Shown here: piece after piece, positions 9,657 to 19,344 of the stretch
Numbering within the stretch: position 1 is the stretch's first letter
Layout: each line of letters begins with the position of its first letter
Assembly (NCBI GenBank): GCA_024235315.1
Contig: JACKMP010000005.1
Span: forward strand, 99,372 to 163,371
DNA: 64,000 nucleotides
Source: Chromatiaceae bacterium
GTDB lineage: Bacteria; Pseudomonadota; Gammaproteobacteria; Chromatiales; Chromatiaceae
Reading direction: 5' to 3'
Made by a program: the position numbers and the translations under genes
Notes under the pieces: generated by a model
Databases searched by the model: none
Seen by the model: only the letters and a program-made list of their open reading frames with translations
Told to the model about the DNA's origin: nothing

Positions 9657-11609
9657 ATGACTGCAACGCCTGACGTGCGATCAAGGGACTCTGACGACAA
9701 CGTAAATATTCCGCTCGAACAGGTAAAGATCGTCTTTGCCGCCGTCCCGCTTTCACTGGCGGCGAATCTGATCAACAGCATCATTCTCAGTGCTGCGCTC
9801 TGGGCACTGGTCGCTCACGCTTTCATACTCACCTGGTTTTTCGCCATCTCCGCGGCATCCGTCTTTCGCTGGTACACCTACCGGCGTTTTACAGCGACCA
9901 CCGAGGCATCGCGAGCCGACCCATCCTGGCGCTCACTGGCCGCAATCGGCACCCTGCTGACCGGCGCACTTTGGGGATCGACCGCGCTATTCCTTTTCCC
10001 TGCGGACAGCATGGTGCACCAGGTCTTCCTTGCGTTCGTCATCGCCGGCATCAGCGCAGCGGCAGTGACCACATTATCAGCGGTGCATGGCCTGGCAGCC
10101 GGCTTCCTGCTGCTGACACTGGGACCGATGATGTGGCGGTTCCTCGCAGCGGATCACGTGCTTGGTCATACGATGGCACTGATGACGGCCCTGTTCGCGC
10201 TGATGATCGTCGTATCGTCCGGGCGGCTTCACAGAACCATTCTGGAATCACTGCAGATCCGCAACGAAAGACGGCAGGCCGAGCGCACCATCCGCCACCA
10301 GGCCCTTTTTGACCAACTGACCGGGCTTCCCAACCGGCGGCTGCTGCTCGACCGCCTGCATCAGGAAATGGCACGTTCGATCCGCCACGGTCATATGGGT
10401 GCCGTGCTGTTCCTCGATCTGGATCATTTCAAGACCATCAACGATTCCCTCGGACACCGCATCGGCGACATGCTGCTGCAGTCTGTCGCCGCGCGCCTGC
10501 TCCGACGGCTGCGCGGCGAAGACACAGTTGCACGCATCGGCGGCGACGAATTCGTCGCCCTGATCCCCGAGATCGGCGCATCAGACGGTAACGCGGTGGC
10601 CAACTCCCGCCAACTCGCCATCGAACTGCTGGAGCTGTTCCGCCACCCCTTCAAGATTGAAGGCCACACCCTGCATCTTTCCGCTAGCATCGGCGTGACG
10701 CTGTTTCCCATGGGGCAGCAGGATCCCGAGGACCTGCTGCAGCAGGCTGACGTGGCGATGTACAGCGCGAAGGAAAGCGGTCGCGACACCACACAGCTGT
10801 TCCTGCCGAGCATGCAGGCTGCGGTCGACGAACGCCTGAAGATCGAACGCGGCCTGCGCCACGCACTTGCCCACGGCGGACTCGAGCTGTACTACCAGCC
10901 ACAGGTGGCCGACGACGGAAAGCTCATCGGTGCCGAGGCTTTGGCACGCTGGAAGCATCCTGAACACGGCCTCGTGTCACCGGCGCAGTTCATCCGTATA
11001 GCGGAAGAGACGGGATTGATATACCAGCTGGGAGACTGGGTACTGCGACGCGCCTGCGATGACCTCGCGCGACTCAGTGCCGATGCGGACCTGCACATTT
11101 CCGTGAATATCAGCCCGAAACAGTTTCGCGAGGCCGGTTTCGTCGAACGCGTGCGGGTGATCCTGGCAGACACAGGTGCCCCGCCGGAGCGTCTGACGCT
11201 GGAAATCACCGAAAGTGTCGTTATCGACAACATCGAACAGACCGTAGAGCGCATGCACACACTCAAGGCGCTGGGCATCAGCTTCTCGGTCGATGACTTC
11301 GGCACCGGGCACTCATCCCTTGCCTATCTGAAACGCCTGCCACTGGACACCTTGAAGATCGACCAGTCGTTCGTGCGTGATATCGGCACCGATCCGAACG
11401 ATGCCGTCATCGTCGACACCATCATCGTGATGGCCCGACACCTGGGAATGGAGGTGATTGCAGAGGGCGTGGAGACCGACGAAGCGTTGCGCTTTCTGCT
11501 ATCCAAGGGTTGTCGCCAGTTTCAGGGTTATCTGTTTGGAAAACCGGAACCGATCGAGGCGTTGCGCTCCCGCCTGCACACGCCCCAAGCGGTCGAGGCC
11601 AGTGGCTGA
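9657..11609 (+). CDS. Membrane-bound GGDEF-EAL protein (diguanylate cyclase/phosphodiesterase)
   Basis: Several N-terminal TM segments; DQLTGLPNR, RGED I-site, RIGGDEF; GAEALARW, DDFGTGHSSL, LKIDQSF, AEGVET all intact. Confidence 0.95.
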   Translation: MTATPDVRSRDSDDNVNIPLEQVKIVFAAVPLSLAANLINSIILSAALWALVAHAFILTWFFAISAASVFRWYTYRRFTATTEASRADPSWRSLAAIGTLLTGALWGSTALFLFPADSMVHQVFLAFVIAGISAAAVTTLSAVHGLAAGFLLLTLGPMMWRFLAADHVLGHTMALMTALFALMIVVSSGRLHRTILESLQIRNERRQAERTIRHQALFDQLTGLPNRRLLLDRLHQEMARSIRHGHMGAVLFLDLDHFKTINDSLGHRIGDMLLQSVAARLLRRLRGEDTVARIGGDEFVALIPEIGASDGNAVANSRQLAIELLELFRHPFKIEGHTLHLSASIGVTLFPMGQQDPEDLLQQADVAMYSAKESGRDTTQLFLPSMQAAVDERLKIERGLRHALAHGGLELYYQPQVADDGKLIGAEALARWKHPEHGLVSPAQFIRIAEETGLIYQLGDWVLRRACDDLARLSADADLHISVNISPKQFREAGFVERVRVILADTGAPPERLTLEITESVVIDNIEQTVERMHTLKALGISFSVDDFGTGHSSLAYLKRLPLDTLKIDQSFVRDIGTDPNDAVIVDTIIVMARHLGMEVIAEGVETDEALRFLLSKGCRQFQGYLFGKPEPIEALRSRLHTPQAVEASG

Positions 11610-11668
11610 GGGCAGCACAAGGCACGCGGGCATTACTGAACGTTCGGTAACCAGTTCCAGCAGCTGCC

Positions 11669-12712
11669 TCAGTCCATCAAATCGACCTTGATCCCGCGCT
11701 CCGCCAGCATCTCTGTCCTGTGCTGCAGGAAGCGTTGAAACGAAGGTTGCCAGCGATAGGCACCGGATACCACGTAATCGATCGCTCCATGCACGTGGAA
11801 AGCTCTCAGGTACGCCTCGGTGCGAAACACCTCGTTGCCCTGCCTGTCGAAGAAAACCAGGCTCGGCGCATATTGGATGCCGAGTTCCCGTGCCCAGTCA
11901 CGTGCACCGAGCTGGCGTCCGTCCGGCGTCTGCAGCGGGTCCGTGGAACGCAGGTCGACCTGTGCCACGTCGAGGTTTGTCAGCGCATATGCCAGTTCGC
12001 TGCGCGACAGGGTATCGCTATGCAGTTCGTCGCATGCGATGCAACTGCCTTGTTCGAACAGCACCAGCAACGGCCGCCCGTGGTCGCCGCGGTCAGCCAG
12101 TTTCAACGGGCTTGCGAGCGTACCGGGCAGGCTGCTCAGCTTCAGGTTCGCGGCCCTTGGTGACGCTGAGGCGAAGAAATCCGCGAAGCTCCCCTTTCGC
12201 TCATGCCTGCCGGCCACGAAATCGAGTGCCACCGCGAACTTGTGCGGGGCGAAATACCCATTGATCCGCAACACCACATCACCGCTTTCGTCGAGAAACA
12301 GCAGCGTCGGTGTGTATTGCACCCGCAGTGCCGCGGCAAAGGCCTTTTCGGTCGTCAGCGCGCCCTGCAGATCCGTCACCTCGCGGTCACCCCACATGTT
12401 GATGGCAATGACATCAAAGCCCTGTTGCGTCTTTTCCGCGATCTCCCTGTTGCCGAAATTGTCATTGAGCAGTTTCGCGCAGTATGGGCAGCCATCCTGG
12501 TAGAAATAGAGCAGTACTCTCCTGCCAGTCGTCGTCGCCTCAGCGATGTCTTCGCGGATATCGAGGAATGACTCCTTGAACCAAGCCGGCTTCTCCTGGT
12601 ACCCGGGGTTCACCATCCCCGCGCCGAGGGCCGCGCCGTCCACTGGCGCCTCTGCCGCATTAGCCGACATGCCAGCCAGCAAAAGGACCAGCCATGGGAT
12701 CACGATATGCAT
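11669..12712 (-). CDS. Periplasmic tandem thioredoxin-fold protein, SoxW-like
   Basis: Signal peptide from ATG 12712 (GGAG RBS); KPAWFKESFLDIREDI, QDGCPYC, YTPTLLF; second domain EQGSCIAC...YAPSLVFF. Confidence 0.82.
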   Translation of the reverse strand: MHIVIPWLVLLLAGMSANAAEAPVDGAALGAGMVNPGYQEKPAWFKESFLDIREDIAEATTTGRRVLLYFYQDGCPYCAKLLNDNFGNREIAEKTQQGFDVIAINMWGDREVTDLQGALTTEKAFAAALRVQYTPTLLFLDESGDVVLRINGYFAPHKFAVALDFVAGRHERKGSFADFFASASPRAANLKLSSLPGTLASPLKLADRGDHGRPLLVLFEQGSCIACDELHSDTLSRSELAYALTNLDVAQVDLRSTDPLQTPDGRQLGARDWARELGIQYAPSLVFFDRQGNEVFRTEAYLRAFHVHGAIDYVVSGAYRWQPSFQRFLQHRTEMLAERGIKVDLMD

Positions 12713-12922
12713 AAACACTCCGACTAATGGCGACCTGGGACCGACCCGGCCCGCAACGGGAAAATTATGCCCGCCGGACATGCCGGCTACGCTGGTTTTG
12801 TCTAATATGCCGGAAAGCTGCCGCCGAACAGGGTTCCCAAGAAACGCCATTGTTCCGGCATATGGGAATTTCGAGTAAGGGTCAAAAACCGACACTATCT
12901 CGTCACTGCGGCTGCGAGCTTC

Positions 12923-12972
12923 ATCAAGCTGTTGTTTTAAATACAAAAAGAATATCTGGCACGAGTTTCGCT
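12923..12972 (+). promoter_or_regulatory. Sigma54 (-24/-12) promoter with upstream IHF site for the DGC gene
   Basis: TGGCACGAGTTTCGCT at 12957-12972 (GG-N10-GC); ATCAAGCTGTTG at 12923-12934 matches the IHF core ATCAA-N4-TTR. Confidence 0.7.
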
Positions 12973-13009
12973 TTACGAATGCTGTCTTTACAGCTATCGG
13001 GAATGCAGA

Positions 13010-13921
13010 ATGGAAACGCTCGGCCATATCCATACAGGCAACCTTGCATTGGTCAATCCACTTCAGACGCACGGCACTGTCTTCCCGACCGCCCCCGAAA
13101 ATCTGGGGCCGCGGGTCCTGGAGCTTTCGAGCATCCTGCAAACAACGCTGGATGTCGAGGCGCAGATCGAACTGTTCGGCAAGGAGATCCAGCGTTACCT
13201 GGCGATCGACGGCCTGCAGTACACACTGCCCAACGACGAAAGCACGGTGCACTACGGCCGCGAGGCCTCGCATCGCGCCACTTACGATCTCAAACTCGAG
13301 GACAAGACACTCGGCAGCATCAGGGTCTGTCGTGAGGTGCCTTTCGTCGACAAGGAAATACGCTCGCTGGAGAATCTGCTGTGCGCGCTGGTCTATCCCC
13401 TGCGCAACGCACTGAGCTACAAGCAGGCCGTGGAACTGGCATCACGTGACCCCTTGACCGGCGTCTACAACCGCATGGCCCTCAAGGGTTCACTGGCCCG
13501 CGAAGTCGATCTCGCGCAACGCCAGGACCTGCCGCTAAGCGTGCTGGTAATCGACATCGATCATTTCAAGCAGTTCAACGACCTCCACGGCCATACCTTT
13601 GGGGACGACGTGCTGGTGGCGGTGTCACAGACGATCGCCAACACGGTCCGGCGCAGTGATCTGTTGTTTCGTTTCGGCGGTGAGGAGTTCGTCGTCCTCG
13701 CCAGCCACACGGCAGAAGAAGGCGCCATGCTGCTGGCGGAACGCATTCGGCAGAACATCGCAGCATTGACCACGGTGCGTGGACGCGATGCCGCAATAAC
13801 CGTCAGCGTGGGTATCGCACGCCTGCAAGGCAAGGAACAGGCTGACAGATTTTTCGAGCGTGCCGACAAAGCACTGTATGCGGCCAAGAACAACGGTCGC
13901 AACCGCAGCGTCCTCGCTTAG
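13010..13921 (+). CDS. Diguanylate cyclase (GGDEF) with N-terminal GAF-like region
   Basis: DPLTGVYNR, DIDHFKQFND.HGH..GD, RRSD I-site, RFGGEEF, ADKALYAAKNNGRN. Confidence 0.95.
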   Translation: METLGHIHTGNLALVNPLQTHGTVFPTAPENLGPRVLELSSILQTTLDVEAQIELFGKEIQRYLAIDGLQYTLPNDESTVHYGREASHRATYDLKLEDKTLGSIRVCREVPFVDKEIRSLENLLCALVYPLRNALSYKQAVELASRDPLTGVYNRMALKGSLAREVDLAQRQDLPLSVLVIDIDHFKQFNDLHGHTFGDDVLVAVSQTIANTVRRSDLLFRFGGEEFVVLASHTAEEGAMLLAERIRQNIAALTTVRGRDAAITVSVGIARLQGKEQADRFFERADKALYAAKNNGRNRSVLA

Positions 13922-14604
13922 GTACTCGACGCCTGACCGCAGCGCCGCCCGGTGGGGCAGACTGCGGCCAGCGCACAGCGTGGGCAATGCGGCACCTTTC
14001 GACACGCCTCCTTGGCATGTATCACGATCAGTGCGTGAAATTGCTTGAACAATTCAACGTCGGCCGGTAGCTCACGCTCGAAACCCAGCCTCAGCTCCTC
14101 GTAGGTCTCCGCCCCCTGCACCAGTTCGAATCGCGTCAGCAGGCGTCTCGTATAGGTGTCGATCACGAATACCGGTCGATCGAATGCATACAACAGGATG
14201 TCGTCAGCAGTCTCCGGACCCACGCCTTTTACTCCGAGCAACCCCGCACGCTGACTCTCCATCAACTGCTGTGCAAACGCGTCGAGCCCGCCCTGCCGCT
14301 CGAGAAACACGCACAGATTGAGTAGCCGCTGCGTCTTGACGTTGTAGTAGCCGGAGGGCCGGATCGCTTCGGACAAGGTCGCCGGGTCAGCCGCCAGTAT
14401 CGCAGGCAACGTCAGCAGATCCGCCGCCTTGAGCCGCTCGATGGCCCTTTCGACGTTGGTCCAGGCGGCGTTCTGGGTAAGCACCGCTCCGACGATGATC
14501 TCAAATGCGGAATCGGCCGGCCACCACGGCTGCACGCCGTACAGTTCCTGCAGGTAAGTGAAGATCGTCGGCAAGATGCCGACGGGAGGATGGAACCGTG
14601 CCAC
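13918..14604 (-). CDS. Endonuclease III-related HhH-GPD DNA glycosylase with 4Fe-4S motif
   Basis: WWPADSAFEIIVGAVLTQN, GVKGVGPETADDILLYA, VIDTYTRR, CRKVPHCPRCALAAVC. Start approximate. Confidence 0.88.
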   Translation of the reverse strand: MARFHPPVGILPTIFTYLQELYGVQPWWPADSAFEIIVGAVLTQNAAWTNVERAIERLKAADLLTLPAILAADPATLSEAIRPSGYYNVKTQRLLNLCVFLERQGGLDAFAQQLMESQRAGLLGVKGVGPETADDILLYAFDRPVFVIDTYTRRLLTRFELVQGAETYEELRLGFERELPADVELFKQFHALIVIHAKEACRKVPHCPRCALAAVCPTGRRCGQASST

Positions 14605-14620
14605 GTGCCGGCCTGTCGTT

Positions 14621-15466
14621 TCAGCGCCTGCCGCGCGGCTTCCAGGGCGAGGCGGCGGGCGCCGCCTTTTTCGCTGTCGATTTCTTGCGCAGGCGGCCCC
14701 AGGGGCGTCTGTCATTGATCTCCACGACCTTCAACAGGGCGCGTTGTTCATCACCGTCCAGCTCGCGCCACTGTCCGGCCTTGACGCTGCTGTCGAGGAT
14801 GATCGGTCCATAGCGCACGCGCTTGAGGCGCGATACCGTGACCCCGACCGCCTCCCAAAGGCGGCGCACCTCGCGTTTGCGGCCTTCCATGATGACAAGG
14901 TGAAACCAGCGGTTGCTGCCTTCCCCCCCAGCATCGACCACGTCTTCGAAGCGCGCAGGCCCATCTTCGAGCTGCACGCCGCTCACCAGTTGCCTGACCA
15001 TTTCCGGCGTGACCTCACCGTTGACCCGCACGGCGTATTCGCGGTCGATCTGGGTACGTGGGTGCATAAGACGGTTCGCCAGCTCACCATCGTTGGTGAG
15101 CAGCAGCAAACCTGCACTGTTCACGTCCAGGCGACCCACCGCAATCCAGCGCCCGGTCGGCAGGCGCGGCAGGTGTTCAAACACCGTCTTGCGTCCTTCC
15201 GGGTCGTTGCGGGTAACCAGTTCACCCTCGGGTTTGTTGTAGATGATCACGAAACGCTGATCGCTCACCAGACGTTTGCCGCCGACCGGCCGGCCGCCGA
15301 TTTCGATACGATCGTCGGGTGTCGCGCGGTCACCGAGTTTGGCGACGGCGCCATTGACCTTGACCCGGCCCTCGCTGATCAACGTCTCCAGATGACGCCT
15401 CGACCCCAGGCCGGCATTGGCCAGGAGTTTTTGCAGTCTTTCGCCTGCCGGCTGCTTGGGCTTCAT
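14621..15466 (-). CDS. rluB: 23S rRNA pseudouridine(2605) synthase
   Basis: [15 protein letters not shown]4 domain, [32 protein letters not shown]. Confidence 0.95.
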   Translation of the reverse strand: MKPKQPAGERLQKLLANAGLGSRRHLETLISEGRVKVNGAVAKLGDRATPDDRIEIGGRPVGGKRLVSDQRFVIIYNKPEGELVTRNDPEGRKTVFEHLPRLPTGRWIAVGRLDVNSAGLLLLTNDGELANRLMHPRTQIDREYAVRVNGEVTPEMVRQLVSGVQLEDGPARFEDVVDAGGEGSNRWFHLVIMEGRKREVRRLWEAVGVTVSRLKRVRYGPIILDSSVKAGQWRELDGDEQRALLKVVEINDRRPWGRLRKKSTAKKAAPAASPWKPRGRR

Positions 15467-16326
15467 CGCTGCTCGTCGCCCACTTCGGCTTCGGCTTCGG
15501 CTTCGGCTTCGGCTTCGGCTTCGGCTTCGGCTTCGGCTTCGGCTTCGGCTTCGGCTTCGGCTTCGGCTTCGGCTTCGGCTTCGGCTTCGGCTTCGGCTTC
15601 GGCTTCGGCTTCGGCTTCGGCTTCGGCTTCGGCTTCGGCTTCGGCTTCGGCTTCGGCTTCGGCTTCGGCTTCGGCTTCGGCAAGAGTGTCCTGTTCGTCC
15701 GATGGCGCAACCGCCGCGTCGACGTCTTGTGCAGCCACCGCCTCCGGATCCGTGACGCGGTCCGGGTCGTTCAGATCGAGCTCGCGATTGATCTCATCCA
15801 GATCGCGAAGTTCGGCCAGCGTCGGCAACTCATCGAGCGACTTCAGGCCGAAATAATCGAGAAACTCGCGTGTCGTCCCATACAGGGAGGGCCTGCCCGG
15901 GACGTCGCGGTGACCGACCACACGCACCCATTCGCGCTCCATCAGGGTCTTGACGATATTCGTACTCACCGCCACACCACGGATATCCTCGATCTCACCA
16001 CGCGTGATCGGCTGGCGATACGCGATCAGTGCCAGCGTCTCCATCAGTGCCCGCGAATAACGTGCAGGCCGCTCGTCCCACAGCCGCGATACCCAGGCCG
16101 AGCAGGCGGCGCCGACCTGAATTCGCCAACCGCTGGCGACCTCCGCAATCTCGATTCCGCGGCCCTGATAGTCGGCGGCAAGTTGCTCCAGCACCGCACG
16201 CAGCTGTTTCTTGTCGGGGCACTCGATTTCGTTGAACAGATTCTGGATCGCTTCCAGCGACAACGGCCTGCCCGCTGCCAGCAGTGCAGCCTCGACAATA
16301 TTCTTGAGTTCAGTCGGTTCCGACAT
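15463..16326 (-). CDS. scpB: SMC-Scp complex subunit ScpB with (AE)33 C-terminal tail
   Basis: [60 protein letters not shown]. Confidence 0.95.
   Translation of the reverse strand: MSEPTELKNIVEAALLAAGRPLSLEAIQNLFNEIECPDKKQLRAVLEQLAADYQGRGIEIAEVASGWRIQVGAACSAWVSRLWDERPARYSRALMETLALIAYRQPITRGEIEDIRGVAVSTNIVKTLMEREWVRVVGHRDVPGRPSLYGTTREFLDYFGLKSLDELPTLAELRDLDEINRELDLNDPDRVTDPEAVAAQDVDAAVAPSDEQDTLAEAEAEAEAEAEAEAEAEAEAEAEAEAEAEAEAEAEAEAEAEAEAEAEAEAEAEAEAEAEAEAEAEVGDEQR
15484..15681. repeat. Perfect hexanucleotide tandem repeat (TTCGGC)33 = (GCCGAA)33 on the coding strand
   Basis: 198 nt of uninterrupted TTCGGC units read directly from the sequence. Confidence 0.98.
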
Positions 16327-16328
16327 CG

Positions 16329-17144
16329 TTAGCCACCACGTGCCCGGACATGAATCGGCGCATAGGATTCGGCCTGCACCAACTCGACCAGTTGCTGTTT
16401 GATGAGTTCGAGGATCGCCATGAAGGTCACCACGACACCCTGGCGACCCTCGCTGATATCGAACAGATCGGTAAACTGGGTGAAGCGGTCGGTCGTGACG
16501 CATTCCAGCACCCGGCTCATACGTTCGCGCAGTGACAGGGGTTCGCGCGCGATATGGTGGCTGCTGAACATGTCTGCACGATGCAGGACATCCTTGAGTG
16601 CCAGCAACACCTCTTTCAGGTCGACGTCCGGCGGTTTCTGATCGACGTGCTTGAATGGCACCTCGGCCACCACGGGAAAGACATCGCGTCCGATCTGCGG
16701 CAGCTCGTTGATATCCTCCGCCGCCTGCTTGAAACGCTCGTACTCCTGCAGACGCCTGATCAGCTCTGCCCGCGGATCGTGCTCGTCGTCATCCTCGCTC
16801 TGCGGACGTGGCAGCAACATGCGTGACTTGATCTCGGCGAGCATCGCCGCCATCACCAGGTATTCCGCCGCCAGTTCCAGGCGCATGTCCTGCATCAGCT
16901 CGATGTACTCCATGTACTGTTGCGTGATGTCGGCGATCGGGATATCGAGGATGTCGAGATTCTGCCGCCGTATCAGGTACAGCAGCAGATCGAGCGGGCC
17001 TTCGAAGGCATCGAGAAACACCTCGAGTGCGTCCGGCGGGATGTAAAGATCCTTGGGCAGCGCGTATTGCGGCTGCCCCTGCACCACGGCGAACGGCATT
17101 TCCTGCTGTTGTGGCGCGACGGCTTCGGCCTGTGGTTCGGTCAA
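16329..17144 (-). CDS. scpA: Segregation and condensation protein A
   Basis: DLYIPPDALEVFLDAFEGPLDLLLYLIR, AAEYLVMAA.L.EIKSRMLLP, VVTFMAILEL. Confidence 0.96.
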   Translation of the reverse strand: MTEPQAEAVAPQQQEMPFAVVQGQPQYALPKDLYIPPDALEVFLDAFEGPLDLLLYLIRRQNLDILDIPIADITQQYMEYIELMQDMRLELAAEYLVMAAMLAEIKSRMLLPRPQSEDDDEHDPRAELIRRLQEYERFKQAAEDINELPQIGRDVFPVVAEVPFKHVDQKPPDVDLKEVLLALKDVLHRADMFSSHHIAREPLSLRERMSRVLECVTTDRFTQFTDLFDISEGRQGVVVTFMAILELIKQQLVELVQAESYAPIHVRARGG

Positions 17145-17162
17145 GGAAGATAGTCCGGCTGG

Positions 17163-18377
17163 TCAGTAGTCGAGCGACATCGCATGACGCACCTCTTCCA
17201 TCGTCTCGCGCGCCACCTCGCGTGCGCGTTCGCAGCCCTCGTTGACGATGTTGTGCACCAGGTCGGGCTGGGCTGCATATTCGCGACCGCGCTCCTGGAT
17301 TGGCTTCAGTTCGGCGAGCACGGCGTCGATCACCGGCTGCTTGCACTCGATGCAACCGATGCCGGCGGACCTGCAACCCTGTTGCACCCAGTCCTTGACC
17401 GCCTCGTCCGAGTACACCTGGTGAAACTGCCAGACCGGGCAGATTTCCGGATTGCCCGGGTCGGTACGACGTACCCGCGCCGGGTCGGTCGGCATGGTGC
17501 GCATCTGTTTCTCGACATCCGCCGGCGATGCATCCAACGCAATGGTGTTGCCGTACGACTTGGACATCTTCTGTCCATCCAGACCCGGCATCTTGGCCGC
17601 CTTTGTCAGCAAAGGCTGCGGCTCGGGAAGAATCACCATACCGCCTCCCTCGAGGTAGCCGAACAGGCGGTCCCGGTCAGCGATGCCGATATTCTGTTGC
17701 GACTCCAGCAGCGCCCGCGCCGCGGCCAGGGCCTCCTCGTCGCCCTGCTCCTGGAACGAACGCCGATAGCCGTGGTACAGCTTGGCGTTCTTCTTGCCCA
17801 TCTTCTTGATCGCCTGCTCGGCCTTGTCTTCGAAGTCCGGCTCGCGGCCATAGATATGGTTGAAGCGACGCGCGACCTCGCGCGTCAGCTCGACGTGCAC
17901 CACCTGGTCCTCGCCAACCGGCACCAGGCCGGCCCGATAAACCAGGATGTCAGCCGACTGCAGCAGTGGATAGCCGAGGAAACCGTAGGTCGAGAGGTCC
18001 TTTTCCTTCAGTCTTTCCTGCTGATCCTTGTAGGTCGGCACCCGCTCCAGCCAACCGAGAGGGGTGATCATCGACAGCAGGAGGTGTAGTTCGGCGTGTT
18101 CGGGCACACGGGACTGGACAAACAGGGTCGCCTCGCCCGGGTTGACACCGGCAGCCAGCCAGTCGATGACCATGTCCCAGGTACTTTGCGGGATCATGCT
18201 CGGATCGTCGTAGTGCGTGGTCAGCGCGTGCCAGTCGGCGACGAAAAAGAAACACTGGTACTCGTGCTGCAGCTCGACCCAGTTTTTCAGAACGCCATGG
18301 TAGTGCCCGAGGTGCAGGCGTCCTGTCGGGCGCATGCCGGACAATACGCGGGCATGTTGTGCAGCAACAGCGGCCAA
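17163..18377 (-). CDS. trpS: Tryptophan--tRNA ligase
   Basis: SGMRPTGRLHLGH (HIGH-like), GYPLLQSADIL, VPVGEDQ, KMSKS. Confidence 0.97.
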   Translation of the reverse strand: MAAVAAQHARVLSGMRPTGRLHLGHYHGVLKNWVELQHEYQCFFFVADWHALTTHYDDPSMIPQSTWDMVIDWLAAGVNPGEATLFVQSRVPEHAELHLLLSMITPLGWLERVPTYKDQQERLKEKDLSTYGFLGYPLLQSADILVYRAGLVPVGEDQVVHVELTREVARRFNHIYGREPDFEDKAEQAIKKMGKKNAKLYHGYRRSFQEQGDEEALAAARALLESQQNIGIADRDRLFGYLEGGGMVILPEPQPLLTKAAKMPGLDGQKMSKSYGNTIALDASPADVEKQMRTMPTDPARVRRTDPGNPEICPVWQFHQVYSDEAVKDWVQQGCRSAGIGCIECKQPVIDAVLAELKPIQERGREYAAQPDLVHNIVNEGCERAREVARETMEEVRHAMSLDY

Positions 18378-18386
18378 GAGAATCTC

Positions 18387-19067
18387 CTAGGGAAACAAGC
18401 TCGGAAGTATACCCAACACCAAGTCCGAACCGGGCATTAGTTTGATTGCACCAAACACCACGGGGCCGAGAATCATCCCTATCACGCCACTGATCAGCAG
18501 CGCGATCAGAATGATCATTCCGTAAGGTTCAATGCGGGCAAAGTGCCTGGCCAGCCGAATCGGCAGGACACCGGTCAGGATGCGCCCCCCATCGAGCGGC
18601 GGGACCGGCAACAGGTTTATCGCCATCAGCACCATATTGACGAACACCCCGGCAACCGCCATCAGCAGCAATGGAATCGCCACCGCCTCTGCGGTATGCA
18701 CCAGGGAATGCGCGAGCAACAGGACGGCCGACCACAGCAGTGCCATCAGCAGGTTCACACCCGGCCCGGCGGCCGCCACGATCGCCATATCCCGCTTTGG
18801 CGAATGCAAGCGACCGATCGACACAGGCACCGGCTTTGCCCATCCGATGAGGAATCCCGTAAAGCTCAGCATCAGGATCGGCACCAGGATGGTACCGACC
18901 AGGTCGATATGTGGCAGTGGATTGAAGGTGATCCGCCCCAGGTCCCGGGCGGTCGGATCACCGAGCCGGTTGGCCACCCAGCCGTGCGCGGCCTCATGCA
19001 CTGTGACAGCGAATATCAGCGGCAGTGCCCAGATGGCGACGCGTTGCGCCAGGTTCAGTTCTTCCAT
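18387..19067 (-). CDS. Site-2 protease family (M50) membrane metalloprotease
   Basis: HEAAHG, LGDPTA, GWAKPVP, AAAGP, NLLPVPPLDGG. Confidence 0.93.
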   Translation of the reverse strand: MEELNLAQRVAIWALPLIFAVTVHEAAHGWVANRLGDPTARDLGRITFNPLPHIDLVGTILVPILMLSFTGFLIGWAKPVPVSIGRLHSPKRDMAIVAAAGPGVNLLMALLWSAVLLLAHSLVHTAEAVAIPLLLMAVAGVFVNMVLMAINLLPVPPLDGGRILTGVLPIRLARHFARIEPYGMIILIALLISGVIGMILGPVVFGAIKLMPGSDLVLGILPSLFP

Positions 19068-19169
19068 GCGCGCGATTATATCGCCGGGCCGATGTCGCAG
19101 TGCGGACATTCCGGTGACGACCCAATCTGCTGGCAGTTTTTTGACGTCTGGCAAGATCTGCCCCAGCCA

Positions 19170-19286
19170 CGTCAGAAATCTTTACACCGCGTCACATTTG
19201 GGAAAGCGCTTACTTGGGAAACTAGTTCAATATCCTGTTTTTACTTGTGTTTCATTGCCTTTTTACGCTTATGGCTGGCTTTATGC
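19170..19286 (+). promoter_or_regulatory. Putative sigma54 promoter plus upstream enhancer-like dyad for the PEP-CTERM gene
   Basis: TGGCTGGCTTTATGC (GG-N10-GC) at 19272-19286; imperfect dyad CGTCAGAAATCTTTACA at 19170-19186; AT-rich spacer between them. Confidence 0.45.
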
Positions 19287-19344
19287 CTGTTACGGGCAAA
19301 TGCCTCGAATAAAGATGGCGCGGACTGAAGTGAGTCATCGGGAA

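Noticed and set aside
12713..13273. N-terminal extension of the SoxW-like ORF
   Set aside because: It overlaps the DGC and its promoter; the RBS and signal peptide place the start at 12712.
15484..15681. Repeat considered as a CRISPR array
   Set aside because: A 6-bp tandem unit with no spacers and no cas genes.
14558..15856. Long ORFs across the repeat encoding (SA)n, (LR)n or (PK)n
   Set aside because: They are alternative frames of the stop-free hexamer repeat, overlapping rluB/scpB; only the (AE)n frame belongs to a recognisable gene.
17600..17860. Insertion in TrpRS between the catalytic core and the KMSKS region
   Set aside because: As I recall it is a normal feature of the roughly 400-aa beta/gammaproteobacterial TrpRS subtype; no intein motifs.
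18532..19344. 534-aa + strand ORF suggesting a long N-terminal extension of the PEP-CTERM protein
   Set aside because: The upstream part is antisense to the S2P gene and crosses the promoter; the signal peptide begins at ATG 19345.
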